DNA of 64,000 nucleotides from Alphaproteobacteria bacterium (GTDB lineage Bacteria; Pseudomonadota; Alphaproteobacteria; RF32; CAG-239): NCBI GenBank assembly GCA_045634545.1, contig JAZRAL010000009.1, positions 6,470 to 70,469 of the forward strand, read 5' to 3'. Shown piece by piece: positions 57,505 to 64,000 of this stretch (position 1 is its first letter; each line of letters starts with the position of its first letter). The notes under the pieces were generated by a model. It saw only the letters and a program-made list of their open reading frames with translations, ran no database searches and was not told where the DNA came from. The position numbers and the translations under genes were made by a program.

Positions 57505-59187
57505 ATGGCAAATACTGCAGAAATTATAATTCCTGAAATGACTGAAAACTTCGCTGACTTGTTAAATGAACAATTCGGTGACAAAGGTATTGTTGGTTCA
57601 GTATTAAAGGGAACTGTTATCCGTGTAACTGATGATTTTGCAACTGTTGATGTTGGCTTAAAATCAGAAGGTCGTATCCCTTTACGTGAATTCGGAAGAA
57701 ATGACGAATTAAAAGTTGGTGATGTTGTAGAAGTTTTAGTTGATAGATACGAAGACAAAGATGGCAACATCGTATTATCACGTGAAAAAGCTCGTCGTGA
57801 AGAAGTATGGCAAGACCTAGAAAAGATGATGAACAACAACGAAAGAGTTAATGGTGTTATCTTCGGTCGTGTTAAAGGTGGTTTCACTGTTGATCTTAAC
57901 GGCGCAATTGCTTTCTTACCTGGTTCACAAATTGATATCCGCCCAATTAAAGATATCTCTCCATTAATGGGCATTTCTCAACCATTCCAAATCTTAAAAA
58001 TGGATAAGATTCGTGGCAATATCGTTGTATCACGTCGTGTTGTATTAGAAGAAACACGTGCATCTGCTCGTGCAGAATTAATCGACACAATCAAAGAAGG
58101 CGCTGTTCTTGAAGGTATCGTTAAGAACCTTACAGAATATGGTGCATTCATTGACTTGGGTGGTGTAGATGGTTTGTTACACGTAACAGATATTTCTTGG
58201 AAGAGAATTAATCACCCAGCAGAACTTTTATCTTTAGGTCAAACAGTAAAAGTTCAAGTTATCAAATTCAACGAAGATACACAACGTATCTCTCTTGGTA
58301 TGAAACAACTTGAAAATGACCCATGGGCAGCTGTTGCAGATAAGTTCCAAGTTGGTGAAATCTACAAAGGTAAAGTTACAAACATTACTGACTACGGTGC
58401 ATTCATTGAACTTGAAGATGGTATCGAAGGTTTAGTACACGTATCAGAAATGAGCTGGACACGTAAAAACGTTCACCCAGGAAAAATCGTATCAACATCT
58501 CAAGAAGTTGATGTAAAAGTATTAGAAGTTGATGTAGACAAACGTCGTATCAGCTTAGGTATTAAACAATGCACACCAAATCCATGGGCTGCATACATTG
58601 AAGAACACCCAATGGGTTCTGTTATCGAAGGTAAAATCAAAAACATTACAGAATTTGGTTTATTTATCGGTTTATCAGACGAAATTGATGGTATGATTCA
58701 CTTATCAGACATCTCTTGGGAAAAATCTGGTGAAGAAGCTGTAAAAGATTACACAAAAGGTCAAACAATTGAAGCTAAAATCATCGATGTTGATGTAGAA
58801 AAAGAACGCATCAGCCTTGGTATTAAGCAAATGTCTGAAAACAACGTTGCTATGACTTTAGACTCTTTGAAAAAAGGTGATATCGTTAAAGCTGTTGTAA
58901 CAGGCGCTGACGAAAAAGGTGTACAAGTTACAGTTCAAGGCATTTCTGCTACAATCAAAAAAGCAGATCTATCTAAAGAAAACAACGATCCATTAAGCTA
59001 TCAAGAAGGTGATGTTTTAGAAGCAAAACTTACATCTGTTGATCGTAAAAATGCTAAATTAGGCGTTTCTGTAAAAGCTTATGAAATCGAAGAAGAAAAG
59101 AAAGCAATTGAAGAATATTCAAATGCACAATCTTCTGGTTCAGCTTTAGGTGATGCTTTAGGTGAAGCTTTGAAAAATAAAGAATAA
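57505..59187 (+). CDS. rpsA: 30S ribosomal protein S1
   Basis: Six S1 repeats (GxV..I..GAFI..G..GL.H.S). Start taken at MANTAEIIIPEM; the 28-codon upstream extension lacks S1 homology. Confidence 0.9.
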   Translation: MANTAEIIIPEMTENFADLLNEQFGDKGIVGSVLKGTVIRVTDDFATVDVGLKSEGRIPLREFGRNDELKVGDVVEVLVDRYEDKDGNIVLSREKARREEVWQDLEKMMNNNERVNGVIFGRVKGGFTVDLNGAIAFLPGSQIDIRPIKDISPLMGISQPFQILKMDKIRGNIVVSRRVVLEETRASARAELIDTIKEGAVLEGIVKNLTEYGAFIDLGGVDGLLHVTDISWKRINHPAELLSLGQTVKVQVIKFNEDTQRISLGMKQLENDPWAAVADKFQVGEIYKGKVTNITDYGAFIELEDGIEGLVHVSEMSWTRKNVHPGKIVSTSQEVDVKVLEVDVDKRRISLGIKQCTPNPWAAYIEEHPMGSVIEGKIKNITEFGLFIGLSDEIDGMIHLSDISWEKSGEEAVKDYTKGQTIEAKIIDVDVEKERISLGIKQMSENNVAMTLDSLKKGDIVKAVVTGADEKGVQVTVQGISATIKKADLSKENNDPLSYQEGDVLEAKLTSVDRKNAKLGVSVKAYEIEEEKKAIEEYSNAQSSGSALGDALGEALKNKE

Positions 59188-59210
59188 TTAGTTCTTTGTT
59201 TATCATTCAC

Positions 59211-59248
59211 AAAAAACCTCTATCTTATTTGATAGAGGTTTTTTTATA
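59211..59248 (+). terminator. Rho-independent terminator of rpsA
   Basis: aaaAACCTCTATCttatttgATAGAGGTTttttta. Confidence 0.55.
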
Positions 59249-59276
59249 TTTGTTTTAAACAATGTTTTTTAAATTA

Positions 59277-59552
59277 TTATTCGCCGTCTTCTACCTCATC
59301 TATTTCCATATCTTCTTCAACCATAACTGGCTGAACAGCGCTACTTCCCTCAATTGGAGCAACCTCAACCCCAGGATTACCAGGCAAAGGCTCCATATCG
59401 CTTTCTTGAGGAGTAACTAAAGAAGAACTAGAAATTGTTTCAACAACCATAATCCCGTTATTATTTGCAGGGCTTTGACCACCTGCAATAGCTTGGTTAA
59501 TCATTAAACCAATAGCCACCAAAGACAAACATCCTAGAAAAAATTTTAACAT
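59277..59552 (-). CDS. Small secreted acidic hypothetical protein
   Basis: Probable start at MLKFFLGCLSLVAIGLMINQAIAGG (signal peptide). The C-terminal half is very acidic (EEDMEIDEVEDGE). Confidence 0.4.
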   Translation of the reverse strand: MLKFFLGCLSLVAIGLMINQAIAGGQSPANNNGIMVVETISSSSLVTPQESDMEPLPGNPGVEVAPIEGSSAVQPVMVEEDMEIDEVEDGE

Positions 59553-59621
59553 ATCTTTTTCCTCCAAATTAAAAAACAAAAAAGATATAATCATAAATAT
59601 TTTCCTTTCAATGTTGGCATA

Positions 59622-59666
59622 AAAAAAAGCAGAGAACATGGTGGTAAAACCACCAATATTCTCTGC
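59622..59666 (-). terminator. Rho-independent terminator of OMP cassette gene 1
   Basis: aaaaaaaaGCAGAGAAcATGGTGGtaaaaCCACCAaTATTCTCTGC: a 16-bp stem plus a T8 run on the minus strand. Near-identical copy at 60981-61023. Confidence 0.65.
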
Positions 59667-59683
59667 TAATTAATTTCGCAAGG

Positions 59684-60655
59684 TTATTTGTTGCTAATGT
59701 TGGTCTTGTGACGGAACAGACCAAAATAAAATTTCACCGTAGCCTGAACCTGATGAATTTTAATCTCCTGACTGTTCTGTACAACAGAACCAGAATTGAT
59801 ATATTCAACTCCGAACGAAATCTCGTTACCGGTAGCAAACCAGCGATAAGAGTACTCAAGACCCACAGAAGGGTCGAAACGATTCCCCCAAGAAGAGAAG
59901 TTTTCACTTCCTGTCTTGTACCATTCCCAGAGGAGGCCTCCGGTGACATACAAGCGGTGCTGGTCAAACCTGTCCAATTTGAAAGGCTTAAGTCCAACAT
60001 GCAACTTCGTGCCATAAGTTGCATACTTTTGGTGTTTCAAACCATCCTGAGCATATTTATTATACTCATTCATGGCAAGCTGTCCCATCAAGGCAATTCT
60101 ATACCATGACTGACTGTGTGAAACGCCAAGGTTAAGAACCGGTGTAGAAATGCCTTCCGTTGCGTATCTGTAACCAATTCCTGCAACGAGTGATGCTCCA
60201 TCTTTAAGAGCATAACGCTTTGGCACCATATAGGTTTCACCGCCAAGATTAACTTCGTAACTCTCAACATCCATCTTCTTTTTATCGAAGCAATTGTCGA
60301 GGTTTACATTTAATTTTGATCTTTCAGAAAGTTCTGAGATACTAGCAACCGTTGCGCTATCATTAACTACAACAAAACCATCAAGAATGATCTCATTGTC
60401 TTTAACGATATTTTTTCCAGAAGCCATATAGTACTTCTTTACAAAGTACTTCACAACTTCACCCTCTGTTTCTGTCTTAACCAACACCCTAAGGGTGTCT
60501 GTCTGGTTCGCCATAAAATGAGCTATCACTGCTGAATCGCTCATCTCAACCGTCTGGATCTCATGACCCTTGACATTAATAACCTGCGCGTTAGCGCTTA
60601 CTGATGTGGCAAGAGCCACTACCATCATGATGATGGCAAAAACAACTTTCTTCAT
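59684..60655 (-). CDS. Putative outer-membrane beta-barrel surface protein (cassette paralog 1)
   Basis: Start taken at MKKVVFAIIMMVVALATSVSANAQ (signal peptide). The MAWGENIQKS extension in the ORF track is probably untranslated leader. The C-terminal 180 aa show alternating hydrophobic/aromatic beta-strand pattern. Confidence 0.6.
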   Translation of the reverse strand: MKKVVFAIIMMVVALATSVSANAQVINVKGHEIQTVEMSDSAVIAHFMANQTDTLRVLVKTETEGEVVKYFVKKYYMASGKNIVKDNEIILDGFVVVNDSATVASISELSERSKLNVNLDNCFDKKKMDVESYEVNLGGETYMVPKRYALKDGASLVAGIGYRYATEGISTPVLNLGVSHSQSWYRIALMGQLAMNEYNKYAQDGLKHQKYATYGTKLHVGLKPFKLDRFDQHRLYVTGGLLWEWYKTGSENFSSWGNRFDPSVGLEYSYRWFATGNEISFGVEYINSGSVVQNSQEIKIHQVQATVKFYFGLFRHKTNISNK

Positions 60656-60982
60656 ACTTTTTTGAATATTTTCGCCCCAAGCCAACTTGCGCCAGCTTAA
60701 GACTTTGAATTTAACTTAAATTTTTTTCACACTAATTGTTAAAAAAAACATGTTAAACTATTCAAGACATACGAAAGTTTCTCTTGCTACAACCAAGCTC
60801 TAACTCCATAATATATCTAGAATAATTTAACATGTTACATATTTTAACACATCAACTATACCATATTTTTTTATTATTTTCAATATCTTTTTGCCAAAAT
60901 TGTCAAAATAAATAAAATTATCCCATTTTTAAACAAAATGCACTGTATTTAAACTATTATATCAATCAAATTTTCTCACAAA
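60656..60982 (-). repeat. About 330-bp duplicated upstream/promoter block (copy 1), at least 95% identical to 61730-62042
   Basis: tttgaatattttcgccccaagccaacttgcgccagcttaagactttgaatttaactt..cacactaattgttaaaaaaaacatgttaaactattcaagacata.gaaagtttctcttgctacaaccaagctctaactccataatatatctagaataatttaacatgttacatattttaacacatcaactataccata is shared almost base for base. Confidence 0.7.
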
Positions 60983-61023
60983 AAAAGCAGAGAACATGGT
61001 GGAAAACCACCAATATTCTCTGC
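60981..61023 (-). terminator. Rho-independent terminator of OMP cassette gene 2 (copy of the 59622-59666 hairpin)
   Basis: aaaaaaaGCAGAGAACATGGTGGaaaaCCACCAATATTCTCTGC. Confidence 0.65.
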
Positions 61024-61045
61024 TAATTAATTTCGCAAGGTTTAC

Positions 61046-61729
61046 TTATCTCGGGCTAATACTGAATGTCAGTCCAACGCTAGCGGTAAAACCGCTTGTC
61101 GACCACTCCTGACGGCCTACTGAATGTTTTATACTAGGCATATGAACATACCCAGCACTTACATATCCATTAAGCCATTTGCAGAACTGGATGCTACCCT
61201 CAATACCAACCTCGGCACAAAGACCAGCATTTTTTGAGAAAGTCTCCGCATTAGGGTTGCTGTCAGATTGGTGTCCAGCATAACCAACACCCACATATGG
61301 TGCAAGATAGTGGCGGAAGTTCTTGTCCTGAACTACCTTCCACCCACCGATTGCCATAGCGGTGTACGTATTATAACGCCCCTGCTCAGAGCTTTCAGGC
61401 GTAAAGGCCATTCTTGTGTATGAACCTTTCACTCCCATAAGGAAGTTACAGGTTTCATACAAAGCGCCAGCACCCACTACAGGGTAAAAATTCCCCTGTA
61501 TCAAATTCATTCCGCCTGAAACTCTAAACAAAATCTGATGAGCGAACTCACCGTCCTTTGTGTGGTGACCATCGTTATGGTACGTAAATGTTTTACCACT
61601 GTTGATAGCTTTCACCTGTTCCAACGAGAGTTGGTCAGTGTTGGTTTTTCTTAAACCTTGCGCGTTAGCGCTCAAACTTGTGGCAAGAGCCACGACCATC
61701 ATTGCGATGGCAACTACAATTTTCTTCAT
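61046..61729 (-). CDS. Putative outer-membrane beta-barrel surface protein (cassette paralog 2)
   Basis: Start MKKIVVAIAMMVVALATSLSANAQ is a nearly identical signal peptide to paralog 1. The mature region is unrelated in sequence to paralog 1 and beta-strand-like. Confidence 0.6.
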   Translation of the reverse strand: MKKIVVAIAMMVVALATSLSANAQGLRKTNTDQLSLEQVKAINSGKTFTYHNDGHHTKDGEFAHQILFRVSGGMNLIQGNFYPVVGAGALYETCNFLMGVKGSYTRMAFTPESSEQGRYNTYTAMAIGGWKVVQDKNFRHYLAPYVGVGYAGHQSDSNPNAETFSKNAGLCAEVGIEGSIQFCKWLNGYVSAGYVHMPSIKHSVGRQEWSTSGFTASVGLTFSISPR

Positions 61730-62042
61730 ACTTTTTTGAATATTTTCGCCCCAAGCCAACTTGCGCCAGCTTAAGACTTTGAATTTAACTTATTTTTTTC
61801 ACACTAATTGTTAAAAAAAACATGTTAAACTATTCAAGACATATGAAAGTTTCTCTTGCTACAACCAAGCTCTAACTCCATAATATATCTAGAATAATTT
61901 AACATGTTACATATTTTAACACATCAACTATACCATACTTTTTTATTCTTTTCAATACCTTTTTGCCAAAATCGTCAAAATAGATAAATCTAAACCCATT
62001 TTAAACAAAATGCACTGTATTTAAACAATGTATTTAAAAGTA
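61730..62042 (-). repeat. Duplicated upstream/promoter block (copy 2) with two TGTATTTAAA motifs at its distal end
   Basis: See 60656-60982. Ends with aaatgcactgtatttaaacaatgtatttaaaag directly after the smr stop codon. Confidence 0.7.
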
Positions 62043-62546
62043 TTAAGCTTTTTTTCGAAGTAAAATATACAAAGCACCTCTACCACCAAGCTTTTCTGAT
62101 GGATTTTTATATCCCAAAATCAAACTACCAATTTCATCACCAGAAAGCCACAAGGGAACAGATTTTCTCAAAACTCCACGTTCAGAAAAAATTTCTTCAC
62201 TAATTCCTTTCCCAGTAACAATCAAAACAATTCTTTTACCGCTATTATATGCTCTTTGAATAAAATCGCAAACTTTGTCGTAAGCATCTTTTTCTGTTAC
62301 ACCATGCAAATCAAGAGTAGCTTCAACATCAAACTCTTCACGTTTAAACCTTTTAGCTAAGCTACCATCCATTTGGCTAAAATCATCTTTTTTAACCGGT
62401 TTACCCTTTTTAAGCACATTAAAGGTAACAGTCGTCACTTTATTTTTTCTAATCTCAACTTCTTTAGAAACATTTTCTTCAACGTATTTATTATTTTTAA
62501 GGCGTTTAACCCCTTTTACAGCTTCGCTCCAAGCATCATCAATCAT
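62043..62546 (-). CDS. Smr-domain protein (MutS2 C-terminal-like endonuclease domain)
   Basis: 167 aa. LDLHGVTEKDAY..RIVLIVTGKG is the Smr domain signature. Confidence 0.8.
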   Translation of the reverse strand: MIDDAWSEAVKGVKRLKNNKYVEENVSKEVEIRKNKVTTVTFNVLKKGKPVKKDDFSQMDGSLAKRFKREEFDVEATLDLHGVTEKDAYDKVCDFIQRAYNSGKRIVLIVTGKGISEEIFSERGVLRKSVPLWLSGDEIGSLILGYKNPSEKLGGRGALYILLRKKA

Positions 62547-63702
62547 AGACTTTTACCTCGGCATCTTTAGGCAAAACAACAAAATACTTACCTTTTGCAT
62601 TCATCTTACCGGCATACTCTAGAGCATCATCACCATGACCCCAAAAATAATCCCCTCTTATAGCACCTTTAATAGCACTACCAACATCTTCTGCCATAAC
62701 AAGCTTTTTTATCTTTCCATCAGGGCTATCTGATTCTAACCACATTATCGTCCCAAGAGGAATAAAGTTTCTATCAACTGCCATACTTCTACCAGCAAAC
62801 AAAGGAACACCCATTGCCCCAATAGGACCTTCTGCATCAACTATCTTATGGAAAATAAATCTATCATTTAAAAGCATATTCTTTTTTGCTTTATTTCCAT
62901 TATCCTCTAGCCATTCTCTAATCTTTACCATAGAAGCATCTTTGGGCTCTATTAAACCTTTTTCTAACAAAATAGAACCAATTCCTCTAAATTTATGCCC
63001 ATTGTTATCTGCATAACCAACTCTAATTTTTCTTCCATCATCAAGGGTTGCCACCGCAGCTCCTTGAATCTGCATCAAATAAATATCAACTTGATTATCT
63101 CCCCACAAAATAACAGGAGCATCAATATTTCCCTCATCAATTTCTTTTCTTGTATAGTATTTTACAAGTTTACCATTTTCAACCCTGCCAACTAAACGTT
63201 GATTAGGTAAAGAATTATCAAAATCTCTTAAATTAATTTCAACAAGATCATTTGGTTTTCCATATATTGGATATTTATATTTCCAACTTTTTTCAAAACT
63301 TCCTCTAATTTCTGCCTCATAATAAGATGTAAATTTACCAACACTGCTACCATTATACACCACTAAATAAGGATTAAAATTGCGCTCAATATACTTTTTA
63401 AGTTTTTTATTATTATCAATCCCAACAATTTTTTTACAATGTCTTTTGTACTCATCTAAACTATATTCAAATTTATTGCTTTTAAGCTTTTTATTTGGAT
63501 TCTCAATAATCACACTACAAACATGTTTAATTGCTTTATCAAACAAATATAGATTGTCATCATTCCAATCATCTAACTTATTAAAATTAGTCTTAGACAA
63601 CCTAAATCCAACACTTCCCTCTATTCCATCACCAGAGCAAGAAGCTAAAAAAGCACATAAAATAAAAACAAGTCCACGTTTTAGCATTTTTTCGTCGAGC
63701 AC
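62539..63702 (-). CDS. mltA: Membrane-bound lytic murein transglycosylase A (MltA) lipoprotein
   Basis: 387 aa. Lipobox LASCSG. The 3D domain ..SMAVDRNFIPLGTIMWLESD.. is present. The mltA-smr adjacency is typical of Alphaproteobacteria. Confidence 0.8.
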   Translation of the reverse strand: MLDEKMLKRGLVFILCAFLASCSGDGIEGSVGFRLSKTNFNKLDDWNDDNLYLFDKAIKHVCSVIIENPNKKLKSNKFEYSLDEYKRHCKKIVGIDNNKKLKKYIERNFNPYLVVYNGSSVGKFTSYYEAEIRGSFEKSWKYKYPIYGKPNDLVEINLRDFDNSLPNQRLVGRVENGKLVKYYTRKEIDEGNIDAPVILWGDNQVDIYLMQIQGAAVATLDDGRKIRVGYADNNGHKFRGIGSILLEKGLIEPKDASMVKIREWLEDNGNKAKKNMLLNDRFIFHKIVDAEGPIGAMGVPLFAGRSMAVDRNFIPLGTIMWLESDSPDGKIKKLVMAEDVGSAIKGAIRGDYFWGHGDDALEYAGKMNAKGKYFVVLPKDAEVKVYD

Positions 63703-64000
63703 AATAACCAGTTGTTGATTTTAGGGTTTAAACTTTTTTCAAAAGTCCAAACATCAGAAATTGTTTGAACATAATTTTCATCACCTTCAATTATTTCACC
63801 TTCAGCGTTTTTAAGCATATTAACTTGTTCACTAACAAACTTAACAACAATATTAACCTTGTCATCATTAACAAAATTAACCGATTCTACCTCTGTTTGA
63901 ACAAAGCTAATTAAATCAGTTTCAGCAATAATACCTTTTTCTTTTCTATCACTAATAACGCTCTCAAACTTTTTTAATAAATCCTTATTTACCAAAGTTG
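63681..64000 (-). CDS. Tim44-like domain protein, C-terminal part (5' end lies beyond the window)
   Basis: The ORF is open to the window edge. Its position upstream of mltA-smr matches the conserved alphaproteobacterial tim44-like/mltA/smr arrangement. The C-terminal NTF2-like sequence ..VWTFEKSLN.. fits. Confidence 0.55.
   Translation of the reverse strand, partial: TLVNKDLLKKFESVISDRKEKGIIAETDLISFVQTEVESVNFVNDDKVNIVVKFVSEQVNMLKNAEGEIIEGDENYVQTISDVWTFEKSLNPKINNWLLCSTKKC

Noticed and set aside
57399-57974. 191-aa minus-strand ORF opposite the start of rpsA
   Set aside because: Antisense to the highly conserved S1 gene. The translation is S/T/P-rich and low-complexity with no start context.
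60656-60685. N-terminal extension MAWGENIQKS on both OMP cassette ORFs
   Set aside because: The extension lies in the duplicated GC-rich leader and precedes a perfect lipoprotein-free signal peptide beginning MKK. It is most likely in-frame 5' UTR rather than coding.
1-64000. Search for transposases, integrases, phage genes, CRISPR arrays and rRNA operons
   Set aside because: No ORF showed DDE/serine/tyrosine recombinase motifs. No repeat-spacer periodicity was seen. No rRNA-like stretch is present. The accessory regions here appear to lack recognisable mobility genes.

Overview
The window looks like a chromosomal segment of a low-GC, host-associated alphaproteobacterium; AT-rich codon usage is evident by eye. 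Several gene clusters point to Alphaproteobacteria: tim44-like/mltA/smr, L25-pth-ychF, yebC-ruvC, ruvAB-ybgC and pssA. Most of the window is core housekeeping: secA, dnaE, pepA, tsaC/sua5, sufCD, trxB, rarA, rluC/D, asmA-family, rpsA, cysK, gmk, lptF/G and a 6-phosphofructokinase. Accessory DNA is inserted into this backbone at three places. First, two arrays of paralogous ankyrin-repeat genes (five genes in all) share a conserved N-terminal module, near-identical 5' coding ends, a conserved leader and a recurring 38-bp palindrome. Second, a roughly 6-kb block on the 3' side of a tRNA-Leu(UAA) gene encodes an autotransporter, a secreted acidic protein and several lipoproteins or membrane proteins. 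Third, two tandem outer-membrane-protein genes have near-identical promoter, signal-peptide and terminator flanks but divergent mature domains that look GC-richer. A 4-gene operon encodes a retropepsin-like protease, a 7TM transglutaminase-like protein, a RimK-like ATP-grasp ligase and a cyclophilin. A TGTATTTAAA direct-repeat motif lies upstream of that operon and of both OMP genes. No transposase, integrase, CRISPR array or rRNA was seen.
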